Source of the DNA: Candidatus Eiseniibacteriota bacterium
Lineage (GTDB): Bacteria; Eisenbacteria; RBG-16-71-46
Assembly: GCA_963707915.1 (NCBI GenBank)
Contig: OY970178.1
Location: 554,098 to 618,097, forward strand
Length of the DNA: 64,000 nt
Direction of reading: 5' to 3'
Made by a program: the position numbers and the translations under genes. This document shows, piece after piece, positions 10,332 to 20,196 of the stretch. The notes beneath the pieces are model-generated. The model worked only from the letters and a program-made list of their open reading frames with translations. It was not told where the DNA came from and did no database searches. Each line of letters opens with the position of its first letter. Position 1 is the stretch's first letter.

Positions 10332-11231
10332 GTGGACGGGGGACCGGGGCCGGCGGAGGGCGAGGGCGGGGCGGCGGCGGGCCGCGCGAAGAGCGCGCCG
10401 TGGTCGCTGTGGCTGCGCATCGCGAGCGGCGTGGTCTTCGTGCCCCTGCTGGTGCTGCTGGCCCGCGCGGGCGGCGTCGCCTTCGCCGGGCTGGTCGCGC
10501 TGGTGGTGACGGTCGGGCTGCGCGAGTTCTACCGGATGATGCGGGGCAAGGGCCTCTTCCCGTACCCGCTCCTGGGACTGCTGGGCGGTCTGGGCGTGGT
10601 GGCGAAGTGCTTCCGGCCCCACCAGAGCCAGAGCGACCTGCTATTGACCGGGGCCGTGCTGGTCACGCTGGGGCTGGGCCTGCGGCGCCCGGACCTGAAG
10701 GGCCGCGTCGAGGGCATGGCGGTGACGCTCTTCGGCGTGCTCTACGTCGGCTGGCTGTCCGCGCACCTGGTGCTGTTGCGGGAGCTGCCGTGGCGCGCCG
10801 GCACGCCGTATGCGGACGGCGCGGCCTACGTGCTGCTCGCCTTCTTCCTGACCTGGAGCTGCGACACGGCGGCGTACGCGGTGGGGCGTGCCTTCGGGCG
10901 CACGCGGCCGTGGACGCGGATCTCCCCGCGCAAGTCGGTGGAGGGGGCGTGGGGTGGACTGGCCGCGGCGGTGGTGGCGGGCTTCGTGGCGCGGGCCTGG
11001 TTCGCGCCGTTCCTCACCCTGCTGGACGCCGCGGTGCTGGGCCTTGGCGTCGGCGTGTTCGCGCAGGTCGGGGACCTGGTCGAGTCGATGCTCAAGCGCG
11101 ACGCGCAGCACGGCGACTCCTCGGACTTCATCCCGGGCCACGGTGGCGTGCTCGACCGCTTCGACTCGCTGCTGTTCGCGGCTCCGCTGGTGTTCTACTA
11201 CCTCAAGATCGCCGTCTTCCGGATCCCGTGA
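10332..11231 (+). CDS. cdsA: Phosphatidate cytidylyltransferase
   Basis: Multi-TM; ISP.KS.EG, GDLVES.LKR....DSS.FIPGHGGVLDRFDS. Confidence 0.96.
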   Translation: MDGGPGPAEGEGGAAAGRAKSAPWSLWLRIASGVVFVPLLVLLARAGGVAFAGLVALVVTVGLREFYRMMRGKGLFPYPLLGLLGGLGVVAKCFRPHQSQSDLLLTGAVLVTLGLGLRRPDLKGRVEGMAVTLFGVLYVGWLSAHLVLLRELPWRAGTPYADGAAYVLLAFFLTWSCDTAAYAVGRAFGRTRPWTRISPRKSVEGAWGGLAAAVVAGFVARAWFAPFLTLLDAAVLGLGVGVFAQVGDLVESMLKRDAQHGDSSDFIPGHGGVLDRFDSLLFAAPLVFYYLKIAVFRIP

Positions 11232-12391
11232 GCACGGCGGTGAAGCGACTCGCCGTGCTGGGTTCGACCGGCTCGATCGGGACCCAGGCCCTCGAGGTCG
11301 CCGCACGGGCGCGCGGGCGCGTGCAGGTCGTGGCCCTGGCCGTCGGTCGATCGTTGGACGCGCTGGTGGCGCAGGCGCGCGTTTGGCGCCCCGCCGCGCT
11401 GGCGCTCGAGTACGCGGCGGACGGTGCCGCGGCGCGGGCGGCCCTGCAGGCGGCGGCGCCGGGCGCCGCCGTCGAGGTCGGGCCGGGTGCGGCGGCCCGG
11501 CTGGCGGCCGGGTGCGGTGCGGACGTGGTGCTGAACGGCATCGTGGGATCGGCCGGGCTGCGCGCCTCGCTCGCGACCCTCGCCCGCGGGGCGCGCCTGG
11601 CGCTCGCCAACAAGGAATCGCTGGTGGTGGGAGGGGCGTTGGTGAGGGCCGCGCTGGCGAAGGGCGGCGAGGTCGTCCCCGTGGACAGCGAGCACAGCGC
11701 CGCCCTCCAGTGCCTCGGCGGGCGCCCGCCGCGGGAGGTCCTGCGCCTGACGCTCACCGCCTCGGGCGGGGCGTTGCGGGGCCATCCGGACTGGCGGCGC
11801 GCGACGCGCGAGGAGGTGCTGGCCCACCCGGTTTGGAGCATGGGTCCGCGCATCACGGTGGATTCCGCGCTGCTGTTCAACAAGGGACTCGAGCTGATCG
11901 AGGCCCAGGCGCTCTTCGGGCTGGAGTGGGAGCAGCTCGGCGCGGTGCTGCACCCGCAGACCGTGGTCCACGCCGTGGTGTCGTTCCGGGACGGCTCGTC
12001 GGTCGTGCAGGCGGCGGTGCCGGACATGCGGCTGCCGATCCAGCTCGCGCTCTCGTGGCCGGAGCGCTGGGACGAGGCCGTGCGCCCGCTCGACCCGGTG
12101 GCGCTCGGCGGCCTCGAGTTCGCGCCGCTCTGCGCCGACCGCTTCCCGGCGTTCGCGCTCGCGCTCGCGGCGGGACGGGCGGGCGGCACGGCGCCGTGTG
12201 CCCTCAACGGGGCGGACGAGGTGGCGGTCGCCGCGTTCCTGGATGGCGCGATCACGCTCGACCAGGTCCCGGAGGTGGTCGCGCGGGTGGTGGAGGCGCA
12301 CCGCGTGGAGGTGGTGGAGTCGGTGGAACAGCTGGAGCGCGTGGACGCGTGGGCGCGGGAAGCGGCACGCGTCGCGGTGTCGGCGCGATGA
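11228..12391 (+). CDS. dxr: 1-deoxy-D-xylulose-5-phosphate reductoisomerase
   Basis: LGSTGSIG, LANKESLV, PVDSEHSA, HP.WSMG..ITVDSA..NKGLELIEA, PDMRLPI. Confidence 0.96.
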   Translation: MSTAVKRLAVLGSTGSIGTQALEVAARARGRVQVVALAVGRSLDALVAQARVWRPAALALEYAADGAAARAALQAAAPGAAVEVGPGAAARLAAGCGADVVLNGIVGSAGLRASLATLARGARLALANKESLVVGGALVRAALAKGGEVVPVDSEHSAALQCLGGRPPREVLRLTLTASGGALRGHPDWRRATREEVLAHPVWSMGPRITVDSALLFNKGLELIEAQALFGLEWEQLGAVLHPQTVVHAVVSFRDGSSVVQAAVPDMRLPIQLALSWPERWDEAVRPLDPVALGGLEFAPLCADRFPAFALALAAGRAGGTAPCALNGADEVAVAAFLDGAITLDQVPEVVARVVEAHRVEVVESVEQLERVDAWAREAARVAVSAR

Positions 12392-12452
12392 ACCGGGCCG
12401 GCCTGCGGCTCGCGCGCCGGAGACGACGGGTGACGTCGTCGCACCGGCGGGC

Positions 12453-12482
12453 TTGACCCCCTGCGCCGGAGCGCGATAGCCT
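12453..12482 (+). promoter_or_regulatory. Putative sigma70-type promoter for rseP-tamA-tamB
   Basis: TTGACC-18 nt-TAGCCT in the intergenic gap. Confidence 0.5.
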
Positions 12483-12514
12483 CGCAGAAACCGGCCCCTT
12501 AGAAGGGAACCCTC

Positions 12515-13891
12515 TTGCACTGGATGAGCGTCGTGAAGGCCATGGCCCCCGGCATCGTGCTGCTGGGCCTCGTCATATTCGTGCACGAGCTGGGGCACTT
12601 CCTCGCCGCCAAGCTGCGGGGGGTGCGGGTCACGCGCTTCTCGATGGGGTTCGGCCCCGCGATGCTCAGCACGACGCGGGGCGGGACCGAGTACCGGCTG
12701 GCGTGGTTCCCGCTCGGCGGTTACGTCCAGATGGCCGGCGACAGCCCGGGCGAGGACGGCGCCATGCCCGGCCGGCGCGAGGAGTTCCTCTCGCACCCGT
12801 GGCCGGGCCGGCTGCTCATCGCCCTCGCCGGCCCGATGGCGAACCTGTTCACCGCCTTCCTCGTGATGGTCTCGGTGGGGCTGGTCGGGGTCCAGTACCC
12901 GGACTTCCCGAACCAGCTCGGCGCCACCCCCGACACCAGCCAGGCGTTCCAGGCGGGCCTGCGCGAGGGGGACCGCGTGCTGGAGGTGGGCGGCCGGCCG
13001 GTGAAATCGTGGATCGAGATCTTCACGAAGAGCGAGCGCCAGCCCGCCGACCGCCCCCTGCCGGTGGTCGTGCAGCGGGGAGCGGCGCGGATCGCGGTCA
13101 CGCTCGCCCCGGAACGGCGCGAGCCGGTGTTGTCGAGCCTGCGCCGCCCGTCCGATCCGCCGGTGGTGGGAGTGGTGGTGACCGGCATGCCGGCATACAA
13201 GGCCGGGCTCAAGGAGGGCGACCTCATCCTGACCGTGAACGGCAGGCCCGTCCGGGCGTGGGAGGAACTGCCGGCCATGCTCCAGGACCAGGCGGACGTC
13301 CCGGTGAAGCTGCGGGTGCGGCGCGACGGCATGGACTTCGACCTCACGGTGACGCCGATGAGCTCGGGCGAAGGCGTCTCGGGCGGCCGCATCGGGATCG
13401 AGGCCCCGCGGCACGGCACCTACGTCGAGCGGCACAACCTGGTCGAGTCGGTGGACATGGGCTTCCGCGCCACCGGCGCGCTGATCGTCAACGTGTACGC
13501 CGGCATGTGGCTCACCGTGAGCCGCCCGATCTACTACCGCGAGTACCTCGGGGGACCGCTCTTCATCGCCCAGGCCGCCAGCCAGCAGGCGCAGCGCGGC
13601 CTCGACTCGTACCTGCAGTTCCTGGCCATGATCAACATCGCCATCATGGCCTTCAACCTGCTCCCCATCCCCATCCTCGACGGCGGCCACATCGTGCTCG
13701 CCCTGCTGGAGGCGGCGCGGCGCCAGGCCATCTCGGCCCGCGGCTACATCTGGTTCCAGAAGATCGGGCTGGTGGTGATGGGTGCGCTCTTCATCATGAT
13801 CCTGGCCAATGACCCGTTGCGGTGGCTGCAGCGCCAGCGCGCGCTCGACCGGGCTCCCCAGGAAGAGAAGCTTGCCCCGACGCCGCCCTAG
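12515..13891 (+). CDS. rseP: RIP metalloprotease RseP (start may be ATG 12524)
   Basis: HELGH, FSMGFG, LAGP.AN, two PDZ-like domains, NLLPIPILDGG. Confidence 0.95.
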   Translation: MHWMSVVKAMAPGIVLLGLVIFVHELGHFLAAKLRGVRVTRFSMGFGPAMLSTTRGGTEYRLAWFPLGGYVQMAGDSPGEDGAMPGRREEFLSHPWPGRLLIALAGPMANLFTAFLVMVSVGLVGVQYPDFPNQLGATPDTSQAFQAGLREGDRVLEVGGRPVKSWIEIFTKSERQPADRPLPVVVQRGAARIAVTLAPERREPVLSSLRRPSDPPVVGVVVTGMPAYKAGLKEGDLILTVNGRPVRAWEELPAMLQDQADVPVKLRVRRDGMDFDLTVTPMSSGEGVSGGRIGIEAPRHGTYVERHNLVESVDMGFRATGALIVNVYAGMWLTVSRPIYYREYLGGPLFIAQAASQQAQRGLDSYLQFLAMINIAIMAFNLLPIPILDGGHIVLALLEAARRQAISARGYIWFQKIGLVVMGALFIMILANDPLRWLQRQRALDRAPQEEKLAPTPP

Positions 13892-15830
13892 GCTCCGCGC
13901 GCGGGACGGGCGACGGACGGTCGCCGTTCTGCTGGGGCTCCTCCTGTCCATCCCGGGCCCCGCCGCTTCCCGGAGCGATCTCGAGAGCCAGCTCAAGACG
14001 GTCGCCGCGGTCGGGATGCGTGGCCGGCACTCGGTGAGCGCCGGCGAGCTCCGCGCGGTCCTGAAGACCCGGCCGCCGTCGTTCTGGCCGTGGACGGAAC
14101 GGCAGCCGCTGCGCACCGACTTCGTCAACGCGGACTGCGCGGCCATCGAGGGGGTCTACCACCAGCACGGCTTCCTCGACGCCACCGTGCGGGACAGCCT
14201 CCTGCCGGTGAGGGACCCGGGCCGGGTGCGCGTGCTGTTCCTGGTCCACGAGGGCCCGCGCTCGCGCATCGCCACGGTGGACTTCGAGGGCGTGCGGGCG
14301 GTGCCGGTGGAAGCGCTGCGCCGGGCGATCTACGCCCGGCCGCGCCGGCCCTTCAACCCGGCCTACCTGGTCGCCGACACGGCGATCATCGCGCGCGAGG
14401 AAGGCGAACGCGGGCACCTCCCGCGCGTCGTCGGCACGGCGAGGCGCGACGAGCGGGACTCGCTCCAGGTGCGCGTGGTCTACCGGGTGGAGGAGGGGCC
14501 GGCCTACCGGGTCGGCGCGGTCCACATCGTGAGGCCGGAGTCCCTGCGGGTGAGCGAGCGCCTGGTGTGGCGGGAACTGCTGCTCAAGCCCGGGAGCGTC
14601 TACCGGCAGTCGAAGATGCAGGAGACCGAGGAGCGGCTCTACGAGACCGGGCTGTTCAGCGAGGCGCAGGTCAGCCCCCGGCCCGACTCCGCGAACAACC
14701 GGATGGAGTTCCTCGTGCGGGTGCGGGAGCGCAAGCTGCGGTGGCTGGACGCCGGGGTGGGCAGCGGCACGCAGGAGCGTCTGCGCTTCGAAGGGGAGTG
14801 GGGGCACCGCAACCTGGGCAAGCACGGCCTGCAGGGCCTGCTCGGGGCGCGCCTCGCGCTCGACAAGGACGCGAAGTTCCTGCTGTCGCGGGGCGAGGCG
14901 TCGGTGCTGGAGCCGTGGCTGCTCGGGACGCGCAACCGGGCCCAGGTGACGGTCTACATCGAGAAGCGCAAGGACTTCCGCGTCGACACGCTCGAGATCG
15001 AGAAGCGGGCGCGCGGGGTCGCCTTCCAGGTGCAGCGCGGCTTCGGTCGGCTCGCCTACGTGAGACTCACGCAGGACAACACCTGGGTGGTGGACCAGCG
15101 GGCGACGTTCCTCACCGCCGCGCTGTCGCCCGCGGTGCGCGACAGCCTGCTGCAGGGGTTCCTGCCGTCGTACTCGACGCATCGCGTGCAGCTGTCCGGG
15201 ATGCGCGACCGGCGCGACAACCCGCTCAGCACCACGCGCGGCAACCTGCAGGTGGCCTCGGCGGACCTCGCGGGCGGGCCGTTCAAGGGCTCCACCAGCT
15301 TCACCAAGTTCCAGGTCAGCTCGTCGTGGTTCGCGCCGCTGCGCCACCCGGGATGGGTGCTGGCGGCGCGCGCGCGCGGCGGGGTGGTGAAGCCCTTCGG
15401 CGCGGGCCAGGACTTCATCCCCCTGGCCGGCGTCGACCGCGAGGTCGCGCGGGTCCCCACCGAGGACTTGTTCCGCCTCGGCGGGGTGAATTCGGTCCGC
15501 GGCTACGCCGAGAATGAGATCGCGTCCACCGGGGGGCTCGCGCTGCTGAACGCCAACCTGGAGCTGCGCGTCCCGGTCGTGGGGCTGTTCGGCCTGGAGC
15601 TGTTCCTGGACGCCGGGAACGTATGGGCGCGGCCCGAGTTCATCCGGGCCGCGGATTTCACGCCGCGCTTCGGGCGCGCGACGCTGGGTGCCAACGACGT
15701 GCGGTACGTGATCGGGGTGGGGGGGCGGTTCAACCTGGCCTTCGCGCCCGTGCGATTGGACGTCGCGTGGGGCGCGGAGGCCGGCCACCGTGTCGGCAGC
15801 GTGCAGTTCGCCGTCGGCCCGACCTTCTGA
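13809..15830 (+). CDS. Omp85 (BamA/TamA-like) outer-membrane protein; start uncertain
   Basis: POTRA-like repeats (RELLLKPGSVY, LYETGLFSE), LGGVNSVRGY, ANLELRVP, C-terminal F; directly upstream of the TamB-like gene. Confidence 0.85.
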   Translation: MTRCGGCSASARSTGLPRKRSLPRRRPRLRARDGRRTVAVLLGLLLSIPGPAASRSDLESQLKTVAAVGMRGRHSVSAGELRAVLKTRPPSFWPWTERQPLRTDFVNADCAAIEGVYHQHGFLDATVRDSLLPVRDPGRVRVLFLVHEGPRSRIATVDFEGVRAVPVEALRRAIYARPRRPFNPAYLVADTAIIAREEGERGHLPRVVGTARRDERDSLQVRVVYRVEEGPAYRVGAVHIVRPESLRVSERLVWRELLLKPGSVYRQSKMQETEERLYETGLFSEAQVSPRPDSANNRMEFLVRVRERKLRWLDAGVGSGTQERLRFEGEWGHRNLGKHGLQGLLGARLALDKDAKFLLSRGEASVLEPWLLGTRNRAQVTVYIEKRKDFRVDTLEIEKRARGVAFQVQRGFGRLAYVRLTQDNTWVVDQRATFLTAALSPAVRDSLLQGFLPSYSTHRVQLSGMRDRRDNPLSTTRGNLQVASADLAGGPFKGSTSFTKFQVSSSWFAPLRHPGWVLAARARGGVVKPFGAGQDFIPLAGVDREVARVPTEDLFRLGGVNSVRGYAENEIASTGGLALLNANLELRVPVVGLFGLELFLDAGNVWARPEFIRAADFTPRFGRATLGANDVRYVIGVGGRFNLAFAPVRLDVAWGAEAGHRVGSVQFAVGPTF

Positions 15831-18800
15831 TGAACATGAACCCGCTCGATCCGCACGACTCGAAGGAAGCCCCCCGCCGGGGCGAAGACGCGCGGCCCCC
15901 CCGGCACGAGGGCGTGGTCGAGTCCCTCCGGGAGGAGGTCCAGGAGCTGCACGACCGTGTCGAGGACGCGGTGGAGCACGCCCTGCCGCCCCGGGCGCGG
16001 TGGTCGGCGGGGCGCATCGCCTGGCTCATCGTGCTCTCGACGCTCGGCCTCCTGGCGGTGCTGGTCGGCGGCGGCGTGGCGTGGCTGACCCAGCACACGC
16101 AGTACGTCGCGGGCACCCTCACCGGGGTCGTCAACCGCGTGCTGGCCGACCACAGCGACGTCGTGCTCGAGGTGCGCGACGTGCGCGGCAACCCGTTCCG
16201 GAGCGTGACCATCGTCGCGCCCCGCCTGCGCTTCCGCGGCGACTCCGGACCGGCGCTGCTCGAGGCGCGCTCGATGGTGCTGCGTTTCGCGCCCTGGGAC
16301 CTCGCCTTCGGCAGCCGGCGCTCGCTCGAGATCGGTCTCGAGCGGCCCGTCGTCCACCTGGCCCGCGGCGCGGACGGGAAGCTGCGCCTCCCGCGCTGGC
16401 GCTCGGGGCCGGCGGGACGGGGGCCGGCGCGCGAGTTCGACGTGCGCCTGTCGATCGGCGGCGGGGAGGTCCACGCCCCCGATTCGAGCCTGGACATCCG
16501 TGGCCTGGAATTGCGCGCGCGCGCGCAGCTCGGGAGGCTGGACGAGATCGAGGTGCTGGGCATGAGCTGGGCGCGGGGCCCGCTGGACACGCGGCTCGAG
16601 GCGCTGCGCGGGCGGCTGGTCGCCGGCGACAGCACGCGCTTCGAGCTCGCCGAACTGCGCACTCCGGACCTGGCGCTCTCGGCGAAGGGCGGCTGGCGGC
16701 GGGGCGGACCGGCGCGATTCGCAGCGGTCGATCTCGTGCAGGTGCGCTGGCGCTGGCTGGCGAAGGTGTTCAGGAACCCGCTGTTCGATGTGCCGGGCGA
16801 GGGCGGAGGCCACTTCGACGTGCGCTTCGACCGCGCGGTCAGCGGCACGGGCACGGCCGAGGCGGTGTGGGACAGCGTGCCGTTGAAGGCGCGCGCCGGG
16901 TTCCGATGGGAACGCGGCCGGTTGACGGTGGCCCCGCTGGACGGCGTCTCGCCGGCCGGCGCGTTCCGCGGGCGGGTGGTGTACACGGCGCGCGACCTCG
17001 ATATCCGCGCCGCCGTGACCCACGGCAACCCGGTCTTCTGGCGCGCCATCGGTCTCGCGGGCTGGCCGGCGGGTGACCTGACCGGCGAGATGCACTACTG
17101 GTCGTGGCGCGCGGCGCCCGCCGGCTCGCGTTTCGAGGCGGAACTGGGCGCTTCGGAGCTGGCGGGCTGGCGGGCGGACTCGGCGCACGTCCAGGTCGAC
17201 GCCCCGTCGCAGGCGCCGGGCACGTTCGACGTCCTGATGCACCGTCGGGGCGGCCGCGTCGACCTGCACGCCGGCATGGACCACGGCGCCTGGCAGGGGA
17301 CCTGGCAGGCCACGCGCTTCCCGCTCGACGAATGGCCGGACGGACGGGCCACGGACATCCGGGGGCTGCTGGGCGAGGGGCGCGGGACCGTGGAGAGCCG
17401 GAGCGGTGCCCTGCGGGTCGCCGGCCGGCTCGCCGGCAGCCCGGCCAGCTGGCTCGGGATGCAGGCCGGCTCGTGGCGGCTCGGCGAGGTGAGCGGGGCC
17501 CTGCTGCCGAAACCGGACCTCGTGCTGAGCGACGTGGCGCTGCGGGACGTGTTCTTCCTGGGCGTGCACTTCGACAGCGCGCGTGCCGTCGTGCGCGTGG
17601 GAGACGGCGAGGCGCGGCTCGAGCAGGTGACGGCGGCGGGGGGCGACACGGTGGTGACCGCCGCCGGGGCCAGCCGGTGGGGAAAGGCGGGGTGGGGGAC
17701 GACGCTGGCGCGGGCCGCGGCCCGCAGCAGGCAATTCGACTGGGTCGCGGAGGGGCCCCTGGAGCTGGAGGGCGACAAGGAGGGCGTGACGTTCCGGCGC
17801 TTCGCGGCCCGTGACGGCGAGGCCCGGCTCGAGATCGAGGGCCGTTGGGCCGCGCCCGGGGGCAGCTACGACTGGACCGGGAGCGCTGCGGGCCTCGACC
17901 TGCACCGCCTCGGCCTGCCGCCCGAGTGGGAGCTGGCCGGGACGGCGGACGCGGTCCTCAGGGTCACGGGCCGCTCGGGCGACCCGCGCTGGACACTCGA
18001 AGGCCGGGCGCTGCGCCCGGGCGCGCTGGGACACCGCGGCGACTCGCTGCGCATCGCGCTCTCGGGCGCGCCGTCGCGCGTGACGGTGGAGGACTTCGTC
18101 TACCGCCTCGGGAGCGGCTCGCTCCGGGCCGCCGTCGTGTTCGAGGGGACGGGCAGGGCGTGGCCGGACACGCTGACCGGGCCGGGCGTGACCCGGTGGT
18201 TGTCGAGCGCGGGGGCCTGGAACGGACGGATGGAGGCGGATGGCTTCCCGCTCGACCGGCTCGGACGGCTGGTGCCGGGGGCGCGGGGCGTGTCGGGCCG
18301 GCTTTCGGGGACGCTGGGCCTGGCAGGACGACCCGCAGTACCGCTGCTCGACCTGCGTGCGGAGGCGGCGCCGCTCGCATGGGACAGCCTGGCGGCGGAG
18401 CGCGTCGTCCTGCGCGCGAGCTACCGCGACGAGCGCGTCGACGTGCCGGAGCTGCGGCTGGTCCGCGCCAGCAGCGTCTCGACCGCCTCGGGCAGCCTGC
18501 CCCTGCGCCTCGCGCTGGGCGCGCTGCCGGTGATGCCGGAAGCGCCCATGAACGGGCGCGTGGACCTGGAGAACGGGGACCTCGCCATCCTGCCGCAGTG
18601 GGTCCCGCAGATCGCGGCCGCCCGGGGCCGCCTCGACCTGCACGGCACGGTGGGCGGCACGCCGCGGCATCCGGACCTCGCCGGCTCCGCGCTGGTGCGC
18701 GACGGCCAGTTGCTGATCTCCGGCCGGAGCGAGCTGATCGAGGGCCTGAGGGCCGACTTCCGGCTCGAGGAGACGCGCATCACCATGGACAGCCTGTTCG

Positions 18801-20017
18801 CGCGCTCGGGGCGCCGGGGCACGGTGCGCGCCGCGGGGGCGATCGACTTCGACGGCGGACGGATGAAGCACTACGCCTTCCGCCTCGCCATGAACGGCTT
18901 CACCGCGGTGGAGCCGGGCCTCTACGCGGCGGAGTTCGACGCGCCCCGGCTCACGGTCACCGACGGGCCGCGCCTGAACGGCCAGGTGCTCCCGCACGTG
19001 GAGGGTGACGTGACCCTGCGCGGCGCGCGGGTGCTGTTCGACTTCGCCAACCAGAGCGAGACCCAGCAACTGGCGGCGCGCACCCAGCCGCTCTACTGGA
19101 CGTACCGCATCCGGCTGCTGGCGAACAGCAACCTGCGCTGGCAGCCGCCCGACGGCGACATCGAGTTCAACGCGGACCTCACGCTCGAGCAGACCGAGCA
19201 GACCCTCGGGATCTTCGGGGACCTGAGCGCGCTGCGCGGGACCTACGACTTCCTGAGCAACCGGTTCAACGTGGCCGTGGCGGACCTGACGTTCGACAAC
19301 GTCGGTGGCGTCAACCCGACGCTGGACATCGAGGCGACCACCCGCGTGGTGCCGGTGGCCCGCGCGACCGGGGGCGGCGAGCTGCAGGGCGGGTCGGGCG
19401 CGGCGGGGAAGGTCCACACCATCACCGTGCGGATCAGCGGCCGGGCCGCCACCCCGACCATCGTGTTCGAGAGCGACCCGGGCGACTGGGACCAGCCCAC
19501 CATCCTGAGCCAGCTGACGGTGGGTCGTTTCCTGGGCGGCGGAACGCTGAGTCAGTTGCCGGTCCTCAGCGGCGGCACCATGGTCGCGCAGCTCAGCGAC
19601 CCGCTCGACAGCTACGTGACGCGGAAGATCAACGACCAGCTCTCGCCGCTGCTGTCCCGCACCTTCCTGCGGGACGTCGGGCAGTGGCGGCTGGAGCGGC
19701 AGCAGGGCGGCCTGTTCGGCGGTCGGGGGGAGCTGTTCGTGACCCTCGCCCAGCAGTTCAACTCGCGGATGCAGGCCAGCTTCAGCCAGCGGCTGCCAGG
19801 CTTCGAACGGCCCGGTGCCGCGAGCCTCGGGAGCACGGGCACGGTGAATTCCATCGAGCAGGGGCTGCTGGAGCGCAACGTGGCGCTCGAGTACCGGATC
19901 AACCGGTTCTTCTTCGTCACGACCGAGCTGGCCCAGCGGCGCACGCAGACCGCGACCACGGTCCCGACGCTGGTGCCGGAATTCAACGTCAACCTGAAGG
20001 CGCGCTGGGAATACTGA
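15830..20017 (+). CDS. tamB: TamB/AsmA-like translocation/assembly module protein
   Basis: N-terminal TM anchor, ~1400 aa of beta-rich repeats, C-terminal DUF490-like region (NP.LDIEA, IVFESDP), aromatic end (RWEY); coupled to the Omp85 gene. Confidence 0.8.
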   Translation: MNMNPLDPHDSKEAPRRGEDARPPRHEGVVESLREEVQELHDRVEDAVEHALPPRARWSAGRIAWLIVLSTLGLLAVLVGGGVAWLTQHTQYVAGTLTGVVNRVLADHSDVVLEVRDVRGNPFRSVTIVAPRLRFRGDSGPALLEARSMVLRFAPWDLAFGSRRSLEIGLERPVVHLARGADGKLRLPRWRSGPAGRGPAREFDVRLSIGGGEVHAPDSSLDIRGLELRARAQLGRLDEIEVLGMSWARGPLDTRLEALRGRLVAGDSTRFELAELRTPDLALSAKGGWRRGGPARFAAVDLVQVRWRWLAKVFRNPLFDVPGEGGGHFDVRFDRAVSGTGTAEAVWDSVPLKARAGFRWERGRLTVAPLDGVSPAGAFRGRVVYTARDLDIRAAVTHGNPVFWRAIGLAGWPAGDLTGEMHYWSWRAAPAGSRFEAELGASELAGWRADSAHVQVDAPSQAPGTFDVLMHRRGGRVDLHAGMDHGAWQGTWQATRFPLDEWPDGRATDIRGLLGEGRGTVESRSGALRVAGRLAGSPASWLGMQAGSWRLGEVSGALLPKPDLVLSDVALRDVFFLGVHFDSARAVVRVGDGEARLEQVTAAGGDTVVTAAGASRWGKAGWGTTLARAAARSRQFDWVAEGPLELEGDKEGVTFRRFAARDGEARLEIEGRWAAPGGSYDWTGSAAGLDLHRLGLPPEWELAGTADAVLRVTGRSGDPRWTLEGRALRPGALGHRGDSLRIALSGAPSRVTVEDFVYRLGSGSLRAAVVFEGTGRAWPDTLTGPGVTRWLSSAGAWNGRMEADGFPLDRLGRLVPGARGVSGRLSGTLGLAGRPAVPLLDLRAEAAPLAWDSLAAERVVLRASYRDERVDVPELRLVRASSVSTASGSLPLRLALGALPVMPEAPMNGRVDLENGDLAILPQWVPQIAAARGRLDLHGTVGGTPRHPDLAGSALVRDGQLLISGRSELIEGLRADFRLEETRITMDSLFARSGRRGTVRAAGAIDFDGGRMKHYAFRLAMNGFTAVEPGLYAAEFDAPRLTVTDGPRLNGQVLPHVEGDVTLRGARVLFDFANQSETQQLAARTQPLYWTYRIRLLANSNLRWQPPDGDIEFNADLTLEQTEQTLGIFGDLSALRGTYDFLSNRFNVAVADLTFDNVGGVNPTLDIEATTRVVPVARATGGGELQGGSGAAGKVHTITVRISGRAATPTIVFESDPGDWDQPTILSQLTVGRFLGGGTLSQLPVLSGGTMVAQLSDPLDSYVTRKINDQLSPLLSRTFLRDVGQWRLERQQGGLFGGRGELFVTLAQQFNSRMQASFSQRLPGFERPGAASLGSTGTVNSIEQGLLERNVALEYRINRFFFVTTELAQRRTQTATTVPTLVPEFNVNLKARWEY

Positions 20018-20123
20018 CCCTCGGGGGCCGGGGATCGCGATGGGCGAGCGCAGGGTGCCCCGGCTCGCCCTGAGCGGTCCGCGGTCCGGTCGCTTCGCGG
20101 CGGGTCGCCCGGGCGGGCGGAGG

Positions 20124-20153
20124 TTGGACGGCCCCGCAGCGTTCCGCTAGATT
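20124..20153 (+). promoter_or_regulatory. Putative promoter for pcrA-gatCAB
   Basis: TTGGAC-18 nt-TAGATT upstream of TTG 20197. Confidence 0.4.
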
Positions 20154-20196
20154 GCGCGCGACCTCCTCCACCACCTCCCCGACCCGACGAGCGCCC

